Shown here: in pieces, positions 8,260-18,200 of the stretch | Numbering within the stretch: position 1 is the stretch's first letter | How the letters are laid out: each line of letters opens with the position of its first letter | Translations under genes and position numbers: made by a program | IMG/VR virus record: IMGVR_UViG_3300035505_000178 | Origin: a virus | Taxonomy: Duplodnaviria > Caudoviricetes | Direction: 5' to 3' (one strand) | Length of the DNA stretch: 64,000 bases | Notes under the pieces: generated by a model | The model's database searches: none | What the model was told of the DNA's origin: nothing | What the model saw: the letters and a program-made list of their open reading frames with translations, nothing else

Positions 8260-10446
8260 CAGAGGTATATGACTTAGAATGTTTATCTAATGTATTTACA
8301 TATACAGGTTTTAATTATAAAGACGATATATGGTCTCAGTTTGTAATATGTAAATGGAGAAACGATTATTGTAAGTTAGTAGAACATTTAGCTCCTCTTA
8401 ATCTTCAAATTGGATTTAATAATAAAAAATATGATTACCCATTAGAACATCATTTAATAAATCACTATAACGAATATAAATATCTTGATGGCGAAGAAAT
8501 CAGTAGAAGATTATACGAAAAGTCACAAGAGATTATTGATATGCAGTTTAGTGAAATAGCTGATAAAAATGAGTTTATTCTTCAAATAGACTTGTTTAAG
8601 ATCTGGCATTACGGGAATAAGGCACGCCTCACTTCACTCAAGGACCTTGAGATCGCTATGCGTATGCCTAATGTTGAAGAAATGCCTATTCATCATACTA
8701 AATGGTGTGTTCCTGGTGATGAAATAGACATTCTAGAGTATAATAAGAATGATGTATATGCTACTTATTTATTTCTGAAAACTACTTTAGGTAAAACTGA
8801 TTATTCTCTTTATAAAGGAAAGAATAAAATTCAGTTAAGAAATAATCTAACTAAAAAATTTAAAGTTAATTGTTTGAACTTACCAGATGTTGGTATTGGA
8901 GAACAGTTAATGTTAAATCTATATGCAAGAGCTGTTGGTCTCAATCCATTTAGTTTAAAGAAAAAAGGAGGTACACCTAGACCTGAAATACATTTAAAAG
9001 ATTGTATTCCATATTGGTGTAACATTCAAAGTAAAGAATTTAATCAGTTCTTAGATTTGATAAAGAATACTACTATTCGTGGAGTCAAAGGAGAATTTAG
9101 TAAAAGTATTATCTTTCACGGAATTGCTTTTGATTTTGGAACTGGTGGTGCTCATGGTTGTATAAAACCAGGTGTTTATGAATCTAACGATGATATAATG
9201 ATTCTTGATTTGGATGTATCATCACTATATCCTAGTGTAGCTCGTTCTTTAAATCTTTATCCAGAACATCTTGGTCCAGAATTTATGCAATTGTATTCTC
9301 AATTTATTGATGCTCGTATTGCTGAAAAACATAAACCTAAAGCAGAACGAGATAATGTACTTATTGAAGGATATAAGTTGCTATTAAATGGAACTTATGG
9401 AAAATCTGGAGAAGAATCATCATTTATGTATGATAGACTATATACTTATAAAACAACTATTGCAGGACAGTTATTTATATGTATGTGGGCTGAACGAATG
9501 GTGAAAGAAGTACCAGAATTAACGTTTATACAAATTAACACTAAGTAACCATTGGTGTTGTAAAACCCCGTTAAATGCAGGAAACTCTTTATAATTTAAC
9601 TACCGCACATAATGGTAACATATATGGTAGCACATAGTGTAATGACTATGAGATGGTAAAAACGTTAAATTTTAGACAATCCGCAGCTGAGTATCCATTT
9701 ATAGTGGATAAGAGTTCACAGACTATTCCGAAAGGAAGTACAAGCTATTCGACGGCTTGGAAACACGGGGCAAATTAATAATAATTAATTTGAAGAGATA
9801 GTCGGTACATTTATTAAAATGTAAGGATGGTATTACGATTATGCTCCCAAAAAACAAATTAGAAACAATACGAGCTGTAAATAATCAGCTTACAAAAGAG
9901 ACTACTCTAGTAATAGAAGAGTCGTTGTATTCTAAAATGGTGATAAGAGACGTAAATTCGTATCAAGCAGTATATTCTGATAGTACACGTGATGATGAAC
10001 ATATTAAACTTAAAGGATGCTTTGAGGTAGATAAAGAATATCACAAAGATCCTTCTATGCGTATTGTTCCAATTGCACTAAAAGAGTATTTTGTATATGG
10101 AGTTCCTATTGAGAAAACTATTAAAGAACATAAAGATATATTTGACTTCTGTATGAGGTTAAAGACTAATTCTTCATGTATTCCTTATTATAATTTTCTT
10201 GAAGCTGGTAAACTTGATAAAATGAGATTAGATAGAACTACCAGATATTTTATTTCTAAAAATGGAGGAACTCTTGTTAAAGATTTTGGAGATAATAGAG
10301 TGGTAGGTGTAAATGTAGGATATAGTGTTACTTTGTTTAATACTTTTTATGAATCTAATAATTACGGAATTAATTATCAGTTTTATATAGCTGAAGCAAA
10401 TAAAATTAAGAACACTATAGACGATGGACAATTAAGTTTGTTTTAA
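8256..10446 (+). CDS. polB: family B DNA polymerase, spliced (exons 8256-9542 and 9826-10446, 635 aa)
   Basis: Exo I YDLEC, Exo II GFNNKKYD, Exo III YNKND, motif A DVSSLYPS, motif B KLLLNGTYGK; motif C QINT|DG is restored only by removing 9543-9825. Confidence 0.93.
9543..9825 (+). ncRNA. group I self-splicing intron, no ORF (283 nt)
   Basis: 5' exon AACACT pairs with IGS GGTGTT giving the U.G splice-site pair; P AAATGCAGGAAAC, Q AATCCGCAGC, R TTCACAGACTA, S AAGAGATAGTC; P3 CCCCG/CGGGG; P9 ACATTT/AAATGT; terminal G at 9825; P10 ACCAT/ATGGT. Confidence 0.93.
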
Positions 10447-10447
10447 C

Positions 10448-10606
10448 ATGGAAAAATATATTTTGGTATGGTGGCCTGAAATTCAAGTATATATGGAACA
10501 TCCTAGGTGGAAAGAGTGTATATATTGCACTCCTTCTCCAGGAGATTGCGCCTATGTTGTACCAGAGTCATTATATAACGAAATCAATAATGATAAACGC
10601 GATTAA
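10448..10606 (+). CDS. small hypothetical protein (52 aa)
   Basis: MEKYILVWWPEIQVYMEHPRW...AYVVPES; fills the gap. Confidence 0.65.
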   Translation: MEKYILVWWPEIQVYMEHPRWKECIYCTPSPGDCAYVVPESLYNEINNDKRD

Positions 10607-10730
10607 AAAATTACGTAAGCATATTGCTACCTTTATGTTCGAAGAGGAGTGTGGAGCATTAGAGCTTTTCACTAAAAAAGAGATTGAACAATTACGAGAT
10701 GTTTTGGAGATGTTAAAACGATTTAAATGA
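10590..10730 (+). CDS. small hypothetical protein (46 aa)
   Basis: MINAIKKLRKH...; ATGA overlap with the next gene. Confidence 0.55.
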   Translation: MINAIKKLRKHIATFMFEEECGALELFTKKEIEQLRDVLEMLKRFK

Positions 10731-10960
10731 AAGAATCAGGTTACTACCCAGCTGGAGCACAATTTGATCCTAGAGCGCCTTATAATGAGCCACAAGATAA
10801 AGATTTTGTAGTGAGTGTCACAGTAAGTTTCACTATACGTTCTTGTGATTCGGATTTTGCTAAAGACACTGCAGAAGAAATTGCTGACTCTATTGATAGA
10901 TTAGTTAGCTTAAATGCTAGTGATGTTGTGATTGATGACTTGCAAATATCAGAAGAATGA
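10727..10960 (+). CDS. hypothetical protein
   Basis: YPAGAQFDPRAPYNE motif; ATGA overlaps. Confidence 0.7.
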   Translation: MKESGYYPAGAQFDPRAPYNEPQDKDFVVSVTVSFTIRSCDSDFAKDTAEEIADSIDRLVSLNASDVVIDDLQISEE

Positions 10961-11118
10961 ATAATGGAGAGTATTTTCAATGTTCGGTAACAATTGATTT
11001 TGCTTTATATAATACGGAAGATCCTGAAGATGCAAAATATATAGTAGAACGAGCAAAGAATCTTATTAAAAGCTATTTTGCAGATGATGTTAAAATTACT
11101 AATTTTACAATAAAATGA
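10957..11118 (+). CDS. small hypothetical protein (53 aa)
   Basis: MNNGEYFQCSVTIDF...; ATGA overlaps at both ends. Confidence 0.6.
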   Translation: MNNGEYFQCSVTIDFALYNTEDPEDAKYIVERAKNLIKSYFADDVKITNFTIK

Positions 11119-11363
11119 TTTTAAAATTTTACGCTGACTGGTGTGGACCTTGTAAAGTATTAGAAAAGACATTACAGTCTATTGGAGTTAAATATAAATC
11201 TATTGATGTAGACACCAAAGAAGGAGAAGATTTAGCTGCTATGTATAATGTAAGAAATGTTCCTACATTAATTAAAACAGATATTGAAGGTGTTTATAAA
11301 GATAGGTTAACAGGTAATCAAAGTATTGATAAAATAAAGGAGTTTTTAAATGAAACTAATTAA
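11115..11363 (+). CDS. thioredoxin
   Basis: FYADWCGPCK and VPT cis-Pro motif. Confidence 0.95.
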   Translation: MILKFYADWCGPCKVLEKTLQSIGVKYKSIDVDTKEGEDLAAMYNVRNVPTLIKTDIEGVYKDRLTGNQSIDKIKEFLNETN

Positions 11364-12207
11364 TAGTGATGTAGAAATTTGGAAGCAAGGTTATACTTTA
11401 GAAGAAATTTATAAACATATTGAAAAATGTGGTAGAGTGTGCTATAAATCTGAAGATAAGATAACAGATGATTCCTATATAAAGTTCTGTGATATGCTTA
11501 AAAGAAGTGGACATCTTTCTGTATTTGAACATGGCACTGTATACCTTAAAATAGATGTAGTAGCTTTTGTATACGAATTTATAGTAAATCAATTTATTAA
11601 AAATAAATATTCTAAAGTTAATATGTCTCCTGATGGTAGAATTGCTTATATTACTACTAATATGAGGGTTATTCTAGAAAATGATTGGGAGCATTATTTA
11701 GGTTATATGCATGAGCCTTCTCCTGAGCATAAGAGAAGAATTACTGCACATTTTAATTGTTCTATTGGAACTAGTAGAGAGTTTAATCGACATAGAGTAA
11801 ATTCTATAAGTGAACAAAGCACTCGGTACTGCAATTATTCTAAAAATAAGTTTGGAAATCAGCTTACCTTTACTATTCCTACTTTCCTAGAGGATAGAAT
11901 TGCACCAATAAATAGATATATTCATATTCCAGATGTTATTGAAGATACTATAATAGATGAATACTTATGTAATTTATCTAATGCAGAGAAGTCATATTTT
12001 AATCTTATTGCTTTAGGATGTAAACCTCAAGAAGCTAGAGAAGCATTGCCTTTATCTACAGCTACAGAATTAGTTCATACAGCTTTTGAATCTGATTGGA
12101 ATCATTTTATTGAATTAAGAACTGCTAGTGGAGCACATCCAGATGCACAAAAATTAGCTAATAGTTTAAAAAATCTTATTTACAATGCTGACAGCAGAGG
12201 ACGCTAG
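11350..12207 (+). CDS. thyX: FAD-dependent thymidylate synthase (ends at 12225 if the TAG is read through)
   Basis: GHLSVFEH, REFNRHR-x-SEQSTRY, PQEAREALP, FIELR motifs. Confidence 0.93.
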   Translation: MKLINSDVEIWKQGYTLEEIYKHIEKCGRVCYKSEDKITDDSYIKFCDMLKRSGHLSVFEHGTVYLKIDVVAFVYEFIVNQFIKNKYSKVNMSPDGRIAYITTNMRVILENDWEHYLGYMHEPSPEHKRRITAHFNCSIGTSREFNRHRVNSISEQSTRYCNYSKNKFGNQLTFTIPTFLEDRIAPINRYIHIPDVIEDTIIDEYLCNLSNAEKSYFNLIALGCKPQEAREALPLSTATELVHTAFESDWNHFIELRTASGAHPDAQKLANSLKNLIYNADSRGR

Positions 12208-12433
12208 AGAATTAATCAGATGTGAAAAGAATATACTAGAGAAGCCTGAAAAGGCTTTTCTAGCTTATATTATTGAACCAAAAATAAGAGAAGCTTGTAG
12301 AAAAGGATTTAATTATATTTATATTAAAGAAAATATTCCTGCAAAAGCTTTTGATAATTTAATTAACTCTGGGTATCAAATAGATGTTTATTATAAGTCA
12401 ATTCACGAATGTTATTATACAATAATATGGTAA
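12185..12433 (+). CDS. hypothetical protein
   Basis: MLTAEDAR... ending IIW; overlapping chain. Confidence 0.7.
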   Translation: MLTAEDARELIRCEKNILEKPEKAFLAYIIEPKIREACRKGFNYIYIKENIPAKAFDNLINSGYQIDVYYKSIHECYYTIIW

Positions 12434-12723
12434 AAGAATTTAATGTAATCGTATATGATTATAACAAAAAGACATTTACAGAATATAATATAATGCCTGT
12501 TCTAAGAAGAGAACTTAAAGGCAAAGATCTTCATACTTTTGAAGAGTTTAAAGATTTTGTAAAGAAAACTAGTATGTATTATTGGGCATATAAGTGTGAA
12601 TATGAGATTATTCTTACTGACTGGCCGAATCAAACAACTGGTTCTAAAATTGATGTAAACAGTCAAGTTCAAATGAATATAGATTTAATAACAAGACTTT
12701 TAATGGAGGATAGCCATGTATAA
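12427..12723 (+). CDS. hypothetical protein (start 12409 or 12427)
   Basis: ORF 12409..12723 with YWAYKCEYEIIL and KIDV motifs. Confidence 0.7.
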   Translation: MVKEFNVIVYDYNKKTFTEYNIMPVLRRELKGKDLHTFEEFKDFVKKTSMYYWAYKCEYEIILTDWPNQTTGSKIDVNSQVQMNIDLITRLLMEDSHV

Positions 12724-12916
12724 TTATGGAGACAAAGTTAACTTTTCAATAGAAGATGGAAAAGTTTTACAAGGAGAAATATATATCATAGATAAACATG
12801 GTACTTTTGAAAAGCCTGGTATTCCATCTTATGATATTATGACTGATGATTGTTTATATAAACATGTAACAGAAAATTTGATTTATGGAAAGGTCGGAGA
12901 GAAGATCAATAACTGA
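12716..12916 (+). CDS. small SH3-like beta-barrel protein
   Basis: YNYGDKV.F...GEI...SYDI...LYKHV.E pattern. Confidence 0.6.
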   Translation: MYNYGDKVNFSIEDGKVLQGEIYIIDKHGTFEKPGIPSYDIMTDDCLYKHVTENLIYGKVGEKINN

Positions 12917-13136
12917 TAAAATATCGAGATATTGTTTTCATCATGATGATAAAGACTTTATTGAAATAACAGAATGGACCAATGGAGAAGGATGGGATAT
13001 TGTTATAGATAATAAATATATTCATCTTACTCGTGGAGAATTAGATGCTATATTGTTATTAACTAAACTCTTAGACTATGAATATTTGGAAGAAGTTAAA
13101 ATTTCCATGGTACACAAGATGGGGAACAACTCTTGA
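12885..13136 (+). CDS. hypothetical protein
   Basis: FIEITEWTNGEGWDI motif. Confidence 0.7.
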   Translation: MERSERRSITDKISRYCFHHDDKDFIEITEWTNGEGWDIVIDNKYIHLTRGELDAILLLTKLLDYEYLEEVKISMVHKMGNNS

Positions 13137-13689
13137 TGAGTATTGTGGAATTTGGATTGATAATCCATTAAAAACATGGTGGAAAGCAAGAGAATATTTT
13201 AAAAGACCTAAAATGAGTTTTATGTTTTTTAATGATATTTATCGTTGTTGTCCATATGCTTCTATTAAAAATGTAGGTAAGATTATTGACATACAAATTC
13301 ATGATGTAGGTTGGAAAGACAAATGGGATAGTCCAAGACATGAAAGAAGTCCATATATTTGGATTTGCTTTTTCAAACGATTTGGAATATCTATTGGATT
13401 CCATATCTATTATCATAATGAATTTGGATTAATAGAAAATGGAGACATGGAATATTGGGAATATTTACTTAAATGGTTATACTATAAAGAGAAGAAAACT
13501 CTCAGATGTTATTCTCATTGGGAAATGGATTCAAAGGTTTATCGTAAATGTGTAAAATACGGAGAAGCAGAAGATGGATCTGAGGATGTTTTCGAACCAT
13601 ATAAGGTAATTATTCCTACTGTTGCAATGTCTTTAACTAAAAAAGGAGCATTAGCTTTACAAAAAGAAATATATGCGGATAGGAAGTAA
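13078..13689 (+). CDS. Trp-rich hypothetical protein, paralog 2 of 3
   Basis: NPLKTWWKAREYFKRPK, WKDKWDSPR, YWEY, MSLTKKG. Confidence 0.8.
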   Translation: MNIWKKLKFPWYTRWGTTLDEYCGIWIDNPLKTWWKAREYFKRPKMSFMFFNDIYRCCPYASIKNVGKIIDIQIHDVGWKDKWDSPRHERSPYIWICFFKRFGISIGFHIYYHNEFGLIENGDMEYWEYLLKWLYYKEKKTLRCYSHWEMDSKVYRKCVKYGEAEDGSEDVFEPYKVIIPTVAMSLTKKGALALQKEIYADRK

Positions 13690-14218
13690 ATTGGATAAAT
13701 GCATAGGGTTGTTTATATACAACCCTATGAAAACTTATAATCTAGTTAAACACTATTTTAAACGTCCTAAAATGAGTGTTTATTTCTTTACTAAGCCTGA
13801 TCATTACACTTATTCCGAAATTGGAAAAATTATTGAAATAAGAAGTACTGATGTAGATTGGAAAGATAAATGGTATAGTCCTAGATTTGAAGATTGTCCA
13901 CGTATATGGGTTTGTTTCTTTAGACGATTTGGATTCTGTATTGAATGGCACGCATATTATAAAGATGAGTTTGGAGACACTCTTAACGGAGATATTTATT
14001 ATTGGGAATATGTTTTAAATATAGCATATTATAAGAAAAGATTAACATCTTATTCTACTTGGACTCGTGATTCGAAGTTATATAAATATATTTATAAAGG
14101 AGAGGATAAAGATGTTACTAAACCCTATATTAATGTAATTCCTTGTGTATCAATGTCTCTTAATAAGAATGGAATAAAAGAACTTAAAAAATTACTTGAG
14201 GATGGCAAATATTTGTGA
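13673..14218 (+). CDS. Trp-rich hypothetical protein, paralog 3 of 3
   Basis: NPMKT...YFKRPK, WKDKWYSPR, YWEY, MSLNKNG. Confidence 0.8.
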   Translation: MRIGSKLDKCIGLFIYNPMKTYNLVKHYFKRPKMSVYFFTKPDHYTYSEIGKIIEIRSTDVDWKDKWYSPRFEDCPRIWVCFFRRFGFCIEWHAYYKDEFGDTLNGDIYYWEYVLNIAYYKKRLTSYSTWTRDSKLYKYIYKGEDKDVTKPYINVIPCVSMSLNKNGIKELKKLLEDGKYL

Positions 14219-14510
14219 TAATAGTTTTTATGCTCAGAGCTCTTCTGAAGCTAATTTAGACGCAATAGAAAAATTCTTTGACGCATGGGAAGGATTAGGA
14301 TATGATGTTGATGAGAAATATAGAAGAGATGATGAGTTAGAATATTATTTTGAATCTAAATGGGTTTTTCCAGAATCAGATATGGATAAATTATTTAATT
14401 CTATTCCAGATAAAAATGATATTTTTATGAGATGTCTAAGTGTAGATTACGGTGAACGCTATCATGCACTTTGGTTTTGTGAAGACGAAAATGGGTGGTA
14501 CGAAGAATGA
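14202..14510 (+). CDS. hypothetical protein (YubB/DUF1281 ferredoxin-like fold candidate)
   Basis: MANICDN start and FESKWVFP motif. Confidence 0.6.
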   Translation: MANICDNSFYAQSSSEANLDAIEKFFDAWEGLGYDVDEKYRRDDELEYYFESKWVFPESDMDKLFNSIPDKNDIFMRCLSVDYGERYHALWFCEDENGWYEE

Positions 14511-15172
14511 AAGTAGCAGCATTAAGTGATTTACATGGGTATCTTCCAGAAATAGAACCTTGTGAAGTAGTATTTATTTGTGGAGACTTTTCTCCAAGAG
14601 ACATAGAAGAAGATATTGTAGCAATGGAGGAATGGATTCTTGAAGAGTTCTTGCCTTGGGCTAACAATATTGAATGTGAAAAAGTATTCTTTATTGCAGG
14701 TAATCATGATTTTATAGCACGTCAAGACTTCATGTACGAAGTCTTTAATGACAAAGTTATTTATCTCTGTAATGATTCTACTCAATATGTTTCTAAAGAA
14801 GGTAAAATATATTCTATATTTGGAACACCTTATTGCAAACAATATGGTGATTGGGCTTTTATGCAAGATCCAATTGGACTAAGATTCCATTACGGAGATA
14901 TTCCATATAAAGTGGATATTCTTATGACTCATGATCAACCTTGGGGAATAGGAGATGTTACTTTACAAAATGTAAGCTGGAAAGGTGAGCATATAGGTAA
15001 TATTATTCTTTCTGAAGCAATATTAGAGAAAGAACCTAGACTTTTATTCTGTGGACATTTACATTCTACAGATCACAATCCTTTAAAAATAGGAAACACC
15101 ATTCGATATAATGTTAGTATAGTTGATGAAAATTACATGAAAGTATATGATATTACATATGTAGAAATATAA
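14507..15172 (+). CDS. calcineurin-like metallophosphoesterase
   Basis: SDLHG, CGD, GNHD, THD, GHLH motifs; ATGA overlap at 14507. Confidence 0.92.
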   Translation: MKVAALSDLHGYLPEIEPCEVVFICGDFSPRDIEEDIVAMEEWILEEFLPWANNIECEKVFFIAGNHDFIARQDFMYEVFNDKVIYLCNDSTQYVSKEGKIYSIFGTPYCKQYGDWAFMQDPIGLRFHYGDIPYKVDILMTHDQPWGIGDVTLQNVSWKGEHIGNIILSEAILEKEPRLLFCGHLHSTDHNPLKIGNTIRYNVSIVDENYMKVYDITYVEI

Positions 15173-15176
15173 CAAT

Positions 15177-15220
15177 ATAGGGGAGAAGCAGATTTCGGTC
15201 TGTTTCTCCCCTATTTTTTT
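15177..15220 (+). terminator. intrinsic terminator 1 at the end of the + block
   Basis: ATAGGGGAGAAGCAGAT-TTCG-GTCTGTTTCTCCCCTAT followed by a T run. Confidence 0.85.
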
Positions 15221-15224
15221 GAAT

Positions 15225-15273
15225 TAAGGGGAATCTGAGAGCTTATTGCTTTTGGGTTCCCCTTATTTTTTTT
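15225..15273 (+). terminator. intrinsic terminator 2, tandem
   Basis: TAAGGGGAATCTGAGAGC-TTATT-GCTTTTGGGTTCCCCTTA followed by T8. Confidence 0.8.
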
Positions 15274-18200
15274 AGAACTATGTACCAGCGCCACCTCCGC
15301 CACCAGTTCCATTTTTAGTATCACGTTTATACATTCTATATGTATCTTGCAAAGATCTAGGTAAAGCCTAACTCTTTGTAATTAATTCTCCTGTAGTAGT
15401 ATCTCCGAATATATATCCAGCTAAATCTTTATATGTTTTAAATCCCCATTTGACAGCAGCAGGACTTGTATTATTCATAACATAATCAAATATAGGTAAT
15501 GGACCTTTAAACTCTTCAAAGCTACTTGTAAATCCTTTATATATAAGTTCTGTCATAGCATTTGCAACCACATTTTTTCCATCTCCTTCTTGTTTATGTT
15601 TTTTATAAGCAGGTGCTAATACATTTGAGCAGAGTTCATATAATAACATTGCTACAAGAAAATCAGACAATAATCTTCTAAGATTAGCTCTATTTGTCTT
15701 ACTTGATAAAATATTTTCTTTTATACCTTGAATACCTCTTCCTTCATATAGTTCTCCAAATACATCCTTTACCGTTCTCATTACACCTTGAACCATTAAA
15801 GGAATGTCCTCTAAATAAGGAATCCCTGTATCCTCAGTTGTGATGTTTCCATTTTCATCAATCCACAGTTTGTTACCATTTTCATCTTCTTTCTAAACTT
15901 TTTCAAATTCATAAGAAGATTCTCTACGACTACCAAAATAAACATCATATATACCATTTAACCAAGTAGAGAATACTCCAATCTAAGAACCTACAGCTAA
16001 ATTCTCATACATTGCTTTAGTACTTTTATCATAAGATCCATATATAGTATCTCCAAGATGTTTTACACTTTCAATTTGATTCTAAGTATATCCATCTGGA
16101 AGGTCAGTATCTAGTTTCAAAGTTAAATTTAATTCAGGATTTTGTTTATTAAATTCTTGTAAAAGACTTAAATATAAAGATTTCTATTTATTATATTCTT
16201 CTATGTTGGATTTATCATTTTTAGCTAATAAACTAAATCTTTTATCTTTTCTCCAATTATAATTTAATTTTCCATCCTTAATATCATACGCTTCGAAAGA
16301 ACCATCGTGTTTTAATTTAGCTAAGAACAATGTCATTCTATTTAAATAATCAGGCTTACTTAAAGAAAGATACATCCAATTACTAACATTAGTTATACCT
16401 CCTTTGTTAGTTTTATAACCTTGTTGCTATTGTTCACGATTAATATTAGAAATAAGATATTTACTATTCATCTTATCTAATAAATCGATACTCATTGAAG
16501 AATGAACTCCATGAGTTAATAAATACTAATATGCCCATAATACATCTGTAGAATCTACATCAGTTCTAAATTTAGTTGCACTTCTTACAACATTTGACAT
16601 AAATCCTCCTATTGTATCACGTATTGCAGCAACAGGATTCATTGCAATATAAGCAGTACTTATAGCTTTTCTCAAAGGAGCAATTTTAGTAATTATCTAT
16701 TTACTAGATTCTTCCATTATACTTCTATTAAATACCGAAGTTTTTAAATAATCGTCTATATGTTTAATAGTTTTAGCAAACTTCTAAGGATTTCCTTCTT
16801 CTCTAATTCCAGTTAATTTTAAATATAATAATATACCTCTAGATCTTACCAATGCTTTATTAAATTCTTCTTCCTTAAGATCATGATAAAGATAATCAAT
16901 TACTAAATTTTGAATGTTAGTTTCAAACTAATTAACACCAAATTTAGATATAAGTCTAGCTCTACCTTTTTTAGTTTCAGAACTTTTAAATTTATTATAC
17001 ATCTACATATTTTCAATGTATTTATTTACTTGTTCTTCTTCTTCCTAAGTCATAATACCTTCATATAATTCTTTAAACAATTCGGTAGGGTGTGTAGTAT
17101 AATACTTTGTTTTTCTTCCTAAATCTTCAAAAAATGCGGAAGGATTACTCCATTTAGTAGATTCACTAGCCTATTCTAATGGAACCCATAATGCATTCTC
17201 TTCTGTAGAAAGAATTGTTTTAAGATTATCTCTAGTTACATTTTGAATACGTTTAGAATTAATCAAATATAACACTTCTTTTAAAAATTCTCTTTCTTCT
17301 GTTTTTAAATTGTTTGTCATATCAAAAGGATTTTTAAAGAATAAATCATTATCTTTAAATTCTATTAAATTTTCAAAAACAGAACTTTGATTACCTACTG
17401 CCCAATTCTAAAATTTAGAATATCCTTTTTTCTCGTAATATTTTAAACACTTTAAATTGAAGTCAGAAACTTCTCCGTCAAGTCTGGTAGATATATTATG
17501 AATACCATCCTATAATAATTTACTAACAACTCTTACGTGAGAATTATCCATATTCTAAGGTCTTGCAAATAGACGTTCAAATTCTTCAACGTCTTTTTCT
17601 TCTATTCTTACAATTCCGCTAAGTCTATCTAATGCAATTGATGCATCAATTAATAATTTAGCAGCAGAAGAAATCATTGGATCTCTAGACTTAGATTTTT
17701 CAATAAGTGTATCAGGAGAAAGTCTAATTGCTTTTTCATTAAGGATTTTTGACAATTTATCAATTAATTCTTCTAACCTTGATATTTGAATTTCTGTTGT
17801 TTCGGCAGAAGCTAATGAATCGGATAAAACTCCACTAATGTCATGTCTCATTCCGTCAGAGTCAGATCCAGATATTAATTCTTTCAACTAATTTAAATCG
17901 GATTTAGATAAATCAGGATTATTTTGCATTATGCTATAATATTCATTTATAAGAACTGTAACTGGAGAAACATTTTCAATTTCTTTAAAATGATTTTCCA
18001 TTTTTAATTGAGGTTCTTTTTTAGATATTATAGAATAAGCTTTTACGAAGTTAGGTACAACCATTTGAATAGGATAACTTTGACTAGTAACATCCGTACC
18101 AAGTCCTCCTACAACTTGTATCTCTCCTAACTTAACATCGTTTCCTAGTGAAGGAATTATTTCATTTAATACGAACATTGTTCTCATCATTTCAATGTTA

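Noticed and set aside
9841-10446. Stand-alone gene or split two-subunit polymerase
   Set aside because: It is exon 2 of polB; the frame extends back to GAT at 9826, right after the intron terminal G
1355-14866. Minus-strand ORFs in the + block (e.g. 3968..4210, 6847..7095, 14531..14866) and + ORF 7598..7795
   Set aside because: Shadow frames of well-supported genes with no recognisable motifs
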